Below, in pieces: positions 1 through 13,039 of a stretch of DNA of 64,000 nucleotides. The stretch spans positions 65,412,001 to 65,476,000 of the forward strand of contig CM052816.1 of the NCBI GenBank assembly GCA_028534125.1, written 5' to 3'. Both the position numbers and the translations under genes were made by a program. Every line of letters begins with the position of its first letter. Positions within the stretch are counted from its first letter, which is position 1. The stretch comes from Lama glama (taxonomy: Eukaryota). Under the pieces are notes generated by a model, which was not told the DNA's origin, did no database searches, and saw only the letters and a list, made by a program, of their open reading frames with translations.

Positions 1-1547
1 ATTTCTAAGAAGTGAGCGCCACCTTCTGACTACTAAGAGGATTGCCGAGCAGCCAAATGGAGTAGGATGTATTTTTTGACCATCCTTAACCAGACGGTGG
101 AATTTAAATTATCTTTCGGTTTCTAACGCATAATAATCACTTAAGGATCCACATGACTTCTGGGCAGTCTGTTTCTCTCCTATCAAGCACGATACAGTTT
201 TTATTCAATACGTGTCACCTTCTCTAGTATGAACTATCTTTATAATGATAAACAACACGGTAGCACAATCAAGAAGTTCCCATATGCCCTCCAGGCAGAG
301 GTGGGTCCCTGGCCCCAGGATACAGGTTAAGAGTTCAAAGGATACACTAACCCTGTTTCTCTGATTCTGAAACTAGGTCTGAAATGTGACAGAGCTGTAC
401 ACAGAAGCCCTCCTAGTAGAAGTGGATTTTGTCCCTCAGTAAGGAAAAAAAAAGTACAATTCTCAACAATAGATTAGTGATTAAAATTTGCCTTGATACA
501 AAATCCAACATAGGCTTCACGTGCATGGTCTGGAGATGTACCTGTGAGATACATGTCTAACCTCTTAGCATCTTCTTATAATCCAGGCAGGTGATACTAT
601 GTTCCAAAGTGCTCCTCTTGGATGAAATTGAGAAAATTGGAATTCTACTGGGTGAATCCGATAAATGGTATGGTGTACTGTGGTAGTCTTCATTCTCTTG
701 ATTTTATTTTCTTTTTCCCTGTGAAATTTGTACTTGAAAACTGCTCCAACAATTAAAAATTAGAAGATCAGATTTAGAAGTTCTTACACAACTAGCAAAA
801 TATTTTTTTTTAGTTGCCTAGAAACAATACTTTTAAATCTCAGTTTGCATGAGTCCATATCAGTTGCTTTGGCTTAACTTAGATGTGTTTTTTTCCTTAA
901 TCTTAAAAATTATTTTGTGCTATACACAAAACAGCTAGACTAGGAACTGCCTTGACAGTATTTAACTGATGCAAGCATCTCAGCACCCCTTCTTTCTTAA
1001 GGAGGAAGAATGATGTCATTAGCAATTGTAAACATTCTAATACGTCATTGTACTTGAATTTCATGTACATCTTATCTTCCATGAACTACATGTACACATT
1101 AAATTTCCAAATTACAGTATGTAGACTACATATGTCACTAGAATGTTTTGTAATAGTGTCAAGAAAAGAAAAACACACACACTTCTTGAGAACGAAGAAG
1201 GCAGTGGATTTTTAACAAAATTCACCTCCATCTAAAGCTCTGAATGACCACATCAGTGCCACCTGTCATTGGCTATGAGACATCTTTATGGATCCTCTTG
1301 GGGTGTGTTTTGGTTGAATGTCCCTCTGTGGGCAGCATTTGCAGGCATTAATGGAATGGGCAGTTTAAAAAGCTGGGATTATATTCCTAACCATTGTTTG
1401 CTTAATGCTGTAAAAATACTACAGGAATAGTCAAAAAGCCTCTGGGTGTCTGGGGGAAAACAGTTCTTTGAAATTTTTGATTTGTGATCAGAATAATGAA
1501 AGGTCATCTGTTCCCCATATATTTATCACACACACATACGTCATAGC

Positions 1548-1635
1548 CAGATCAGGATTTAATTGATGGGAGTAGGGCCCAGGCTTTTTTTAAGGCCCCC
1601 CAGGTGATCCTAATGTGCTGCCAAGGTATTAACAG
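1548..1635. mobile_element. MER5-like hAT-Charlie fragment
   Basis: GGGCCCAGGC...CCCCAGGTGATCCTAATGTGC resembles the MER5 3' half. Confidence 0.55.
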
Positions 1636-2140
1636 GCTCTGTGCAAACAAAGACTGTTTCTCACGTACCAGAAGAGATCAGGGAACTCTGGGCTAGACCA
1701 TTATATGGTAAAATGAAAGTTCTAGACATTGAGGAGTGGAGGCGGTGAGGGAAAGAAAATAGATATTGGGTCAAAGAATTAGACTCAGGAACCATCAGGG
1801 AAGGACAGCTGATCTGAAAAGTGAGAGCATTCTGTTGACAAGGGGAGAGGATGTGAGCTTGGAGTGACGGCTGAGAGGACTGTCACAGCTCTCCCCCAGC
1901 ACGTCTGCGCTCTGAGAAAAATCAGGATGGGAGGCACCAGGCCATGGTGCTCATTAAACCTGGTTCCTAAGCAGAATGGAGTTGAACTTGGTACGTGCCT
2001 GCTGTTGTGATAGAATCTCTTCTCCCTTATCTGCTTTCCCTACCTGTAGGTGAATTACTCAATCCTACTTTGTTGACACATGGACTTAGTATGAAAAATG
2101 AGAGAGCAGATAAGCGTTTGGCACAGGAGTTGTGGGTACA

Positions 2141-2230
2141 GATCATCTGAGGAGCTTGTTAACATTCAAACTTACCAGCCCAGCCTGAGACATTGTGTTC
2201 TAGCAGGTCTAGGGTGGGGCCTGGAGCAGG
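2141..2230. mobile_element. MER5-like fragment
   Basis: ATCATCTGAGGAGCTTGTTAA...AGGTCTAGGGTGGGGCCTGGAG. Confidence 0.55.
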
Positions 2231-2709
2231 GCTCCTTCGGAAATGTGTGAGGCTGGGGGCTAGGAATACAGCTGGGGAGCTGCAGGCCACAGGCCTAACT
2301 ATTTAGAAGTTGAACATGACAGTAACACACTGTTAAATCACGGGACTCGAGCCTCCTTCCTTGACAAATAAGTAAGTCTGTGTGCTGTGACCCGGAAGGT
2401 CAAGTTCAAACACAGAGGCTTAATGTTCCGTCTTCTACCGCAGTGTCAAGTCTATCCTCCAGCCTTGACAAACATGCCTTCATTCTAGCCTGGAAGGCGT
2501 GGTTCAGATTCAGCATTTTCAAGTGGTCTCAGTGTCGGGGGAAGGACCCTGTGGCCCACCCACTCCACGCTTTCCCTCCGGCTCCATCTGGAACTATGGG
2601 GCACCTCCATGCACATGTGGGCACAGGCTGGGCCGCTACCTAATTTCTGACACCAAACCCTCCACACTTACCCTCAAGCAGCAGCCCTTCAGGCCCAGGG
2701 GTGTGACAT

Positions 2710-2728
2710 GTCTGCCCCCTAGAGGACA
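2710..2728 (-). promoter_or_regulatory. Candidate CTCF site (reverse)
   Basis: Minus strand reads TGTCCTCTAGGGGGCAGAC, close to the core CCASYAGRKGGCRS. Confidence 0.55.
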
Positions 2729-2855
2729 GTTGGGGAATGGGACTGCACGGTCCATACTAGGTGGCCAGGGCCACTGCGGTAGGCAATGCCAAGATCCCAG
2801 TTCCCAGGTCATGGTGTAAAGGAAGCACAAGGGCTCTCTGTGGGCTTATTCCCAG

Positions 2856-2874
2856 GTCCCACCAGGGGGCAGAG
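2856..2874 (+). promoter_or_regulatory. Candidate CTCF site (forward)
   Basis: GTCCCACCAGGGGGCAGAG contains a perfect core CCACCAGGGGGCAG. Confidence 0.65.
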
Positions 2875-4399
2875 GCAGGGCTGGAGAAGGGGCAGGGCAA
2901 GCCCCTTCACGTTCCCAGGGCAGGGCCTCCCTTTGACTGATCTAAGGGGGTACTGAACCCAGGTGACTCAGCTGCTTGAACCCAGCCTTAAATCCAACGT
3001 CATGGAGCAGTGAGCTTACAGCACTGGGGAGCAATGCTCCTGTTGGTTGCCGTGAGGTCACTGTCACTCCAGAGTCACCCGAGAGAGTCATGGCCACTGA
3101 GCTGAGAAATCCCTCCCTGTGCTCTCTCCCCTCCCACCTCTGTAACTTCTCCCACCAAATAAAATCAAGGCACAATCCTTTCCTCCACTACTCCAAACAG
3201 TAGTTAAAAAGAAAGTAGTGATTTTAACAGGCATCTTTCTCACACTTAAGATTCTTGAGTTTTAGAAAACAGAAATAATAAACTCGAATCAAAGAGAGGG
3301 TGTCATTTCACACTAAGACAATAGTTCTGTGACACTTTACACCTTACTGACTACCAGCTGAGAACTTTACACATCATTAAACATCCATTAGGACCATGAG
3401 GACACTATCAGCTCCTCAGGAGATGCCGTCCAACCTTGTTTGTTTAAAAGAAACAATGCTTTCAGCAGGCACTCCTTATGATAAGTGGAGACATTGGTGG
3501 TGGCGTTGCTCCAGCATTAACCGAGTCCCCAGAAGAAGGCCCAGGCTGTGTCCGGGGAAGCCTGTGACCACAGCCAGGGCAGGTCAGTCAGCCCTGCAAC
3601 CTCCATCCAGCCCAGGGGACCTGAGCTCCATGGGGCTGGAGATAAGAAGCTGGGCTTTCATTCAGCCCCTCAGGCTGCAGTAAAATCCAGCTATAGTTTT
3701 AGGGAGAAAGGCCACATAGATGATGTTTTGTCAACTTTGCAATGGATTAAAATGGTGCGGGCATCTCCACAGATTCCTCCGTCATTGGTCTGCAGTGAGT
3801 CCAGATACCAATGTTGTCATAGAACTTCCAAGGGATACTAGTGTGCCACCAGTGTGGGGACCATGGGCTTTATGAACTGGCTAATGTCAAAGATTCTGAG
3901 ATAATGAGGGAGAACAGGTAGGTTTTAAAGAGAAGGGAGGAGAAGTGGTGTGGGGAGCAGTGGGAGAGGAGTGCCAAGGAAGCCTTAACTCAAGACTGAG
4001 GGCAGGGCTGGAGATGGTGGCAGTGACTTTTTAGAAGTGTGACCCTGACAGACTGGGGGACAAACATGCAGGCACAGACCACCAAGTGGTCATTGACGCA
4101 CTGTCCATGACCTATCTACTTCCCAGTATGCCTTGTCCTAAATTAGTCCACATTGAGGGCAGAATAAATTACCCACCATGATTAGAAATGGACCATTCCC
4201 ATGGTCCACTTTCACATGTTTCACATGTTCTGAGTCCAAGGACCGCAGTAGGCTTCGTTCACTACAGTGGATGACCTGCTCCTGATCTTCCCAACACTTA
4301 CTGAGAGCAGCACCCCAACATCCCACACGTCTTTAAATGGGAAAGGAAGTGGAGACTTCCTGGCTTCTTAAAATTCAGATATAGCATGAATCCTCTTCT

Positions 4400-4755
4400 T
4401 ACAGTTTTGTAAACTCTGTATGGGAGAATACATAAATACAAATGAACAAATGCTAAGTGAAAATGTTGATGAATCTTCACAAAGTGAACACACTGGGGTC
4501 ACCAGCACCCAGATCAAAAAACAGCCTCCCTGGAGCCCCCTTCCAGTTACTAACCCCGCAGATACCCACACTGGGACTTACACTAAAAACTAGTGTGTGT
4601 TTCCTGTTTGAAGCTTTATGTAGATGAAGTCATACTCTGCCGTACCCTTCTGTCTGGTTTCTTTGGGTCACCATTATTTTGGGGAAGTCTTTCCATATTA
4701 TTACATGAAGTTATAGTTTGTTTACTTCTGTGGTTGTATGATATTTCTATTTTTT
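4400..4755 (-). mobile_element. Old L1 (L1M-type) 3' UTR fragment
   Basis: CACAAAGTGAACACAC...ACCAGCACCCAGATCAAAAAACAG and TGTCTGGTTTCTTT are typical antisense L1M 3' end motifs. Confidence 0.7.
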
Positions 4756-5149
4756 TTAAATAAGGTGAAATAAAGAGCTGGGCTATGGTCATGTCAGATT
4801 TTAAAATATTATAAGCCTTATACAAAATATAAATTTGTAAATATTTCTTAGTACCTGCAGTCAGCAAATTTGCATTAATATTACTCTTGACTTTGACTTG
4901 GTACTTTTTCAATAACTAGTTTTCTATTTTCCATTTGAAGACCTAGACCAAGATTGCTGTCCTCTTGAATAGTTTCCAGCAAAAATGATCTTAATCAGTG
5001 TTGAAGCATCAATGAATATATGACTTGGTACAGATATAATGTCTCTACTTCAGTAAATGTGATTAATATAATGGTCAATTTCACATAACATCATTCCAAG
5101 GACATCCCAGCCCATAGAAAGAATTTCATTCTCAAGAAGAACCTGAGAA

Positions 5150-5300
5150 CAGTGGTTCTCACATTTTGGCGTGCACCAGAATGCCCAGCCCCAGGTTTCT
5201 GATTGCTGAGCTGTGGTGAAGCCCAACGACGTGACTTTCTAACTGGCTCCCAGGTGGTGCTGACGTTGTCAGTCTAAGGACCGCATTTTGAGAACCCCTG
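5150..5300. mobile_element. MER5A with both terminal inverted repeats
   Basis: CAGTGGTTCTCA ... TGAGAACCCCTG termini; internal CTCCCAGGTGGTGCTGA. Confidence 0.8.
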
Positions 5301-5864
5301 CCTTAGAGCCTGCATGTAAAGTTACGTCTCTACTCCTTTTCCATATCCCATACATCCCCTCCTGCCATGCATTTGTTTTTTCAAAATCCTTGGAATCAAC
5401 CAGGTAGTGATTTTAGTGTTGCTGTCATACTGACCACCCTTAATTATTAACATCCGTTATCTCACTCTGCCCCGCAATACAACTCTGCTTGTAACTCACG
5501 TAGAGCCCGTGTTTCGCCTGTTCTTGATTTGCTTGCACATTGGTGACCCCAGCTATTTGGCAGCTCCTTAAAAGCATTGGGCCATGTACTTGTCTGTATC
5601 CTTGCAGTCCCCAGCAGGGAGTCCTGTGGGCACTACAAATTCATTTTCTATATTCTCTGCTGGCCGGTTGATTTAATCTGGATTGCTCCGGCTTCTCACC
5701 TGTGTGTGCTTTGCTCATCTGCCAACATACCTATAAAATGAAGCTTTGTTACTTGCTGTTATAAGAATAAAGAGGTTATAACAATAATCTGTGGTCATAT
5801 CATGACTGGTTCCCCCCCCAAAAGGCATTGCTTTCATGCTTTAAAAATATGTATTTCTCAACTA

Positions 5865-6042
5865 AAGTGTTTCTCAAACTAGGTGCATATTGGCATCACC
5901 TAGAGAACTTTTTTTTTTTAATACGGATATCTGGGTCCTACCCGCAAGGTTCTCTTTTATTTGATGTGAGCTGTAGTCTGGGCATAGACAGCATGCAAAA
6001 CTCCCAGGTGATTCTAATACATAGAAAATTTTAGAACTTCTG
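5865..6042. mobile_element. MER5A/B element
   Basis: AGTGTTTCTCAAACT...CATCACCTAGAGAACTT...CTCCCAGGTGATTCTAAT. Confidence 0.7.
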
Positions 6043-7074
6043 AAGTACCTTGTTTTCCTGGTGAGTTTCAAGAGAGCCCCACTTTTTTCCAGAGGGTTAT
6101 TTTCAGAAATGCCTATCCTTGCTTTATTTCTATGCCTCCTGTGGTTGTTTTCCTCTTGAATTCTGCTTCCTTAAACAAGAAAATATAATGAACTACTATT
6201 TACATGTTGCACAAAGCATTAAATTCGTTCCGAGTCTTGGATAAACTTACTCTAAGCTAGAAATAAAAAAGAATAAACTCTACTGGGTTCTGCATTTCCT
6301 GTCTCAATTTAGCTAGTCCATAAGGACTTGGCAGGAAAGAGTTTGTTGTTCCTGTAATTAATGACTAGAACAGGATTGTTTGGAGTAAATGATTCATTTT
6401 GAAACAGTCTTCTAATTTCCAGGGACATTTTCCCATTGTAATACAGTTATGCATAAAAACAAAAGTACCACTTGAACACCAAGATTTATAACATTGCCAT
6501 ATCATTCCAAATGGAATGACCTTGTGTCTACTACCCTCGCTGGTTTGGAAAATAAAACTGATTGATTGCGGTCTAATGAGTTTCCCTGAAAATAGCTTAA
6601 ATTTAATCAATTAGAAACTGGTTGTTTCCACCCTAACTGGTGTTGTGAAAAGGAGCCAACTGATTTCCACCTCATTCCAAAAGTTAGTGGATAGAAAGCT
6701 CTCACCAGATAGAAGACAGTTTCTGGAATAAACCTAAAAGAAAATAGCTCTTTTGCAAATAATAGTGGTGTCAGTAAGTCTAACCTATTAAACTCCATCT
6801 ATTTGGTCATTTTTAAAAGCCAGGCTCTTATATCGCAGAATGATTAAATGTGGAGTGAAATCTAATTATGGTTTATAGATAGCTATTGAATAATTTAGAG
6901 CTATCAGTCTATATTACTTACTGAAACTGCTGAGAAACATATTAACTACAGAACAGGATTTCTAGAATGGTAAACAAGGTGTGACAGTTGTTCTGAGTTC
7001 AGTCATTGATTCAGTGTATAAGCTTGACAAATTATGTCTTACCAACCTCATCCTCACCTAGAGATTCCAAGACC

Positions 7075-7300
7075 AATAGTGGCTCATATTTATGTAGCAC
7101 ATTAGACTTTATGAAATACTTTTGTACATGCTTCATTTATACTTACCTCCAAACCCAGGGAGATTGAAAGAGCAATGTGCATATTGCATTTTTTTTTAAA
7201 AAAATGAGTTTTAAAGAGGTTACGTGAATAACCTAGTGTCAAACAGACTGAAATTTGTGGAACTAGGGTTTTCTGACTCTAAATCGACTAATCCTACTGT
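7075..7300 (-). mobile_element. MIR SINE (diverged)
   Basis: CATATTTATGTAGCAC...AGAGGTTACGTGA...TCTGACTCTAAATC antisense MIR pattern. Confidence 0.55.
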
Positions 7301-7709
7301 ACCAGCTATACTAGCTACCTAGCTCGTTGAGAAAGACTGAGGGATCCTGAAAGAAAAACGAAAATTCACAGACTTACTGAATTTTTACCATTTTTATAAA
7401 GGGTTTTTATATTGTATGGTCGATTTGACATTGGCAGGAATGTCCTCTTCTGGTGCTGTATGTAGGTCGTAAACAGCAAAACCAGTACGTTTCAAAATAT
7501 GTGAGGCCTCATCTAGGTGGGAAGGGTAATTAAGAACATGCACCTTTGCCACTGTGTCAGTATTTCTTATATCGCTATGTAATATTGACTATTTTCCCCG
7601 GCACTAAAGGAACATCAAGCAGATCTTCTTCTCATTTTTTTTTTTATCACAATGTCTTCATTTCCTTTATCATTTCTTCCACAGTATTTATTCCGCACTT
7701 TCCCAGCTT

Positions 7710-7744
7710 CTGTAGTTCTTCCAGCTGGCCACTAGAGGGGAGCC
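7710..7744 (+). promoter_or_regulatory. Candidate CTCF site with upstream module
   Basis: CTGTAGTTC upstream-like module followed by TGGCCACTAGAGGGGAGCC; one mismatch at a normally C/A core position. Confidence 0.5.
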
Positions 7745-9575
7745 TTTAGTCAGCAATGTCACACATGCTCAAAGTGGACCTGTTGATCTTGGTTGGAAAC
7801 ATTGCAGGAAGCTGTTCTCTAGTGAGCAGAGTAGGACTCGGTGATGTGGGTCTTATTTTTTGTTTTTTAGTGACTAAACCTCTCTTCCTTCTATACAGGC
7901 CCTTGCTTCCAGGCACTACTTATTGAACAGTTCTTTCTTCCCCTATCCTGGCCTTATTTAAATGATGGAATATTAGATGCCCTGCCTTTGGGGGTGGTTT
8001 GGTCTAAACTCCTGCAAGGCTGGTCTCTCAGGACAATGTGTTTTGGGAAGCACAGCCATGGGCTTGGAGACCTGTGCTGCCAGCTTGGTGAACAACTGGG
8101 AATTTGAATCTAGGAGTAAATTTCTGAATACCCCTGTACCACCTCTAGTATCCAAACTGTTGTCTGCTAATAATATCACACTGCAAATCTTTACAGAGTT
8201 ACTCTGGACAATCCAATCCAAGCCTTCTCTTGATTTTGTCTAAGCGGTCTGCTTTCCCCAACAAAAACAGAACAGACATACAAAAATGTATTCACACAGG
8301 CTATTTGTGTGATATGGCCCAAAGGTTTACCGTATTTGTCATTAGTCACCCAGGCATAGAATCTAAAATACAATCATTTCCTATACTCCCCCCCACCCCA
8401 ATGATGGTTGATTCTTCTAGCACCAAGAGTTTCCTTTACTAACTCACTTCCATAACCAAACCTGTATTTCAGGTTCTCATTCTTGACATACTTGATCAAA
8501 AATGAGACGTCCTTCCTTCTTTTATTCAGGTATTCGAGTCCTCCTTCTCACGTTCCCCAGGAATTTTCTGTACAAGTTTGCTGCACGTTCCTACTTCCCT
8601 AATGTTGCCTCATTGTTAAACATAAGCATTTATATGACACGTCCTTGTACAAACCTTCTTTGCAATCATTCTGTGCAATTAACAGAGCTCCAGGACTGAA
8701 TCAGACCTCAAAGTTACCCATTGAAAGTTCCTCTGCCCAGGGCAGGGGTGGTGGTGGTTTGTTGGGTGTGTGAATGTGAACTTTCAGTTGCTCAAGAACG
8801 GGAAGTCTGGTTTCTGGTTGCTAACAAGTTAAACTTTAGTTGAGATTTTTATTGTTTGCGGTATATGGAAATTCTTCCTCATAGGAGTCAACTGAGGTTA
8901 CCCTGTTTCCTAAAATCAAGATAAAACTGGCTCAAAACCCCATGGTGGGGACTGTGAAAAGTCCTGTATTCTCTCCAAAGCTTTGAAGAACTTCCAGGGG
9001 ACTTAGGGCTCATCTCCCGAACATAACCAGGTCCCAAGTCTTTGCCTCAGCGGAAGTGGTTCTGTTTAGCAGTTAGCTCACAGGAGCCACCAGGACCCCC
9101 TTCTCCTCACTGCAGAGGCCGGTGGTAGCAGTGAGCCTCTCTCTTTTCCCAGCCATCAGCTTTTTCTTTCCCCCGTGAAAGGAAACTTGGCCACACGTGA
9201 TATTTAGGTAGGTATCTGACTCTCCTGATGGTTTGAGGAAATAAAAACAATTTACATTCACAAATAATGTGAACTGAAATAGTATAGAAAGGTTCATAGT
9301 CTTAAAGAGTAAGTCACCCAGACATGTCCACAGCTAAGGTGCTAGCTCTCTGCCATTTTGCTCAGCCCTCCTCCCCCTTCCTCACTTTCCGTATCTCTCA
9401 TCTAAAAGCTGCTCATAGGCGCTTCAGATTTTTCACATTTAATGAGATTTTAGCTCTTTACCTCTCTTCTCCTGCTCCATCCATTTTCTTAACTCCCAGA
9501 CCTAGGTGCTCAACAGAACAGAAAGGCCTTTTATTTATTATTTATCTGCAGAAGATACCTCTGGTTATAAATAGC

Positions 9576-9576
<1 letters not shown>

Positions 9577-9614
<38 letters not shown>
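9577..9614. repeat. (TG)19 microsatellite
   Basis: Read directly from the sequence. Confidence 0.97.
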
Positions 9615-9615
<1 letters not shown>

Positions 9616-9695
9616 TTACATGGGGTAAGATGACCAAGTTGAATTGAGCCATTCAACTCATCTTTGATCTGGAAATTCCATACAGCCAGTCTTAG

Positions 9696-9790
9696 CATTT
9701 ACTCATTCAACAAATAATTATTGAACACTTACTTGCAGAAAGAAATGCAGTTTCTTCTCTGTTGAAGCTGACCATGTAGCAAATAATCAG
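9696..9790 (-). mobile_element. L2 3' end fragment
   Basis: CATTTACTCATTCAACAAATAATTATTGAACACTTAC. Confidence 0.6.
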
Positions 9791-9878
9791 AAGTCACAAG
9801 CGTCCATGTGTGCTTCTGAACTCTAATAATCCCTGGAAAGGAAGGCTATGTGGTGGTTCAAGAAACCGTAACAGGAAA

Positions 9879-10218
9879 TGTCTTAGTCTGCTTGGGATGT
9901 CACAATGAGACACCATAGATGGGTGGCTTCAACGACAGACATATTTTCTCACAGTCCTGGAGGTTGGTACATCAGGGTACCAGCATGGTCAGCATCTGGT
10001 AAGGCCTCCGTTCCTGACTTTCAGACAGCTGCTTTCTCACTGTGTCCTTACATACTGGAGAGAGAGGGAGCAAGCTCTCTGGTGTCTCTTCTTATAAGGG
10101 CACTAATCCCACCCTGAGGGCCCCATCCAGCCCCAGTCACCTCACAAATACTGTCACATCAGGGATTAGGGCTTCCACATGTGAATGTGGGGCAGGAAGG
10201 TACCTTCAGTCCTCAACA
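9879..10218 (-). mobile_element. MaLR solo LTR (MLT1A-like)
   Basis: TG...CA termini; GGGTGGCTT...TTTTCTCACAGTCCTGGAGG and CTCTTCTTATAAGGGCACTAATCCC; 5-bp TSD GGAAA/GGAAG. Confidence 0.85.
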
Positions 10219-10849
10219 GGAAGAGTCAGGGAAGAGAGAAAACGAGGCTGGGGCATCATCAGAGTTTTACTTTAGGAGATCATTCTGGCTGTGGCTGGGG
10301 AACAGATGGCAGGGCTGCGGTGTAGATGCTGGAGCCACTTAAGCCAAAATCGCAGAGCTGGAATGATGGTTGTTTAGACCTGAGTGGGGAGGTGGTGGCA
10401 GGGACGGCCTCGTCAGTTGGCCCTGGCCTGCTCAGTCTCTCTTCCCCTCCTCCCACCCTCCGACCCACTCACACAGGCCTGGTTTGTGCACTTTATTTCC
10501 TTTTCACATGCTAGTACTTCCCCCTCCCCCAGCTTTCCTGTATGTAGAAATGAAACTGACATTCCTCTCCCTGCTCCTTTAAAGTACTAGCATTCCATTT
10601 CTGGTAGGTCAGATACCAGTATTTACCACTCACAAGTATTGATCAAATACTTTAATCTACAAAGGAAGTGGTAAACACTTAAAACATTAACAGAGCAAAG
10701 AAATTGGTGAGTTTTTTTGTTCTGGAATATGTAATATGCTGTATAGATCCTCTATGGCCTTTAATACTCTAAACACATAGCATTGCCCTTTGACACCCAT
10801 GGTGTTATCCTTCAGTTAAAACTTCAGCTTTTGGCAAATGTAAGTGGCA

Positions 10850-11550
10850 CCAAGATGCCAGCTTCCACTTACTGGATTGACAAAAACTAAAAGTTTGGTA
10901 AGATATTCTGTCAATGAGGCCAAGAGGAATTTACCAGTGGGCTTGTGAGCTGGACAATTAGCAGCATCTATGGAAGCATATCTATCAGTTACAAGTGAAT
11001 GTACCTCTCAACTCTGCAATCCCACCTCTGCAATTTCTTCTGCAGGTTGCTTTCACGTATCTGAAATGACTTGTGCACAAGGTTATTTGTTGTAACACAA
11101 TGTGTAATAGTGACAGCCTGAAAACAACACAGATGCCCTCCAGTGGGTGAGTGGTTTAATAAATTACATTCCATACAATTGACTAATACGTTCTCTAAAT
11201 TGATAGGAATAATCGCCACAAGTAGCTAGGTGGAAAAGAGGACATTACAAAGTGGTATGTGTAGGAGGCTACATTTTTGTATAAAAGTGGGGGGAAGGCA
11301 TAATAATTCGTTTACATTGCATGAAGATATTTTGAAAAAATATGCAGTAAGACAATAAGTATTTACTTCTGGAAAAAAGGGGAAACTCAGATGCAAAACA
11401 GAGATGAAATATAGGGAGCTTTTTCTGTGTGTGATTATATATGCATGTATATGTATATATGTGTCTACAGATACGTATTTATATGCTTATATGCCATTTT
11501 TATTTGCAATCATGTAAGTGTACTGCCCATTCAGAAGAATATATTTTTTA
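10850..11550 (+). mobile_element. Old L1 (L1ME-like) ORF2 end and 3' UTR
   Basis: GCAATCCCACCTCTG...AAAACAACACAGATGCCCTCCAGTGGGTGAGTGGTTTAATAAATTAC. Confidence 0.7.
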
Positions 11551-11589
11551 AGTGCCAACGTTTGTTTCCCTATTTCAAATAATGTTCTC

Positions 11590-12030
11590 TTATAGTTAAA
11601 CAGTTTAGATTGAGGGTGGTGTAGACAAACTATATGCTTCTGAATTATACCTCTGTCACTTACTAAATATATGACCTTGGGCAGGTTACTTAACCTCTCT
11701 GGACCTCAGTTATCTCCTACATAAAATGGAAAGAATCATAGTTGTTGTTTAATGGATTTAGAGTTCCAATTTGGCATGATGAAAATGTGGAGCTCTGTTG
11801 CACAGTAATGCGAATACACTTAAGACTTTGTGCACTTAAAATGATAAATTTTATGTTATTTTTAAACCACAATTAAAAACAACTTTTTTTTGTAAATCAA
11901 CTACACTTCAATAAAAGACAAAATTAAATATATACATATATATTTTAAGAGGATAATCATGGTACCTGCCAGTAACTTACAAAGATGTGTCAATCAATAT
12001 GTGTGAAGCCCTTCGGGCAGAACCTGACAG
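11590..12030 (+). mobile_element. MIR split by L1 3' fragments (~11742-11945)
   Basis: MIR core TGACCTTGGGCAGGTTACTTAACCTCTCTGGACCTCAGTT ends at ~11741. An L1MB-like tail follows, then TGTAAATCAACTACACTTCAATAAAA, then MIR resumes at GGATAATCATGGTACCT. Confidence 0.75.
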
Positions 12031-13039
12031 TCTGTGTCCCTTTGTTTCTAGGTGAAGCCTGATTGTCTCTGGCTGTATTATCAGACATACATTCTAAGGT
12101 TCAAGTGTGATCCTCAGGAAGCTGGATACTAGATATATTTGTAATTCTAAAAGCTCCCATTTAAAAAAGCAATATAAAATTTTATGTTGCAAGGAAGGCT
12201 TAATAGCTCAAGCAGAACAAAATAACTCTCCAGAGTATTTTCATCTGCCAAGAGAATCTAAATAGCTGGGCCTCCTCCGCAGGTGGGCCGCTCTCTTGGG
12301 AACTGCTCCTGAGATTCTCACAGGGCACAGCACCAGTACTCAGCAAATCGCCTTCACTCTCCTGCGGCGCGTCACGACATGACCACAATACCATCACAGA
12401 TACTCTATTTCCCGTGAGCAACAGGACCCCCTGTTCTCCAGGGAAGAGTGTTTATCTCTTTTTACTTTTTCAGCAGCTTCTCAACATCTGACTTGGTTGA
12501 GTTGTCATTTTCTTTCCTGCATGTCCTAAGTGCTGCGTTTTAGGTTTGGCTCAACAAATCGATAGGACAACTCAGAGGCGTATGACAAGGAAATCGAATT
12601 TCCATCCCTGCAACCAAGTCTGAACAATAACCGTTGAGAAGATAAGCTTAGTTTATTCACCAGTGGTTCGGTGTTGTGACAGGTCTAGTCCAAATCAGAG
12701 CTCAGCAACCTGATTTTGAAATATTTCCAAGCTCACGAAAAGAATAACCTTGTGCATAAAATGTTTCCTACTTTTCTGGGTTACTAGATGGCTTAGTGGG
12801 GTATCCATACTCTTGCATCAGATGTTCACATTTTGTATATACGTCTTATACTTCTTTCCAAGGAATGAAAGATTCAGAATAAGAGATGTGGAATGGATTA
12901 TGTAAACATAAAACACAAAGGAAACGTCATCAAAAAAGATAAAAAGCAAACAAATTTTTTGTTTTGTTTTTAACTTTGAGGTGTTTGCCTTTAAATATAT
13001 TTTTAAATTAAGGTGATCATAGGCTGCTAGTAACCACAA

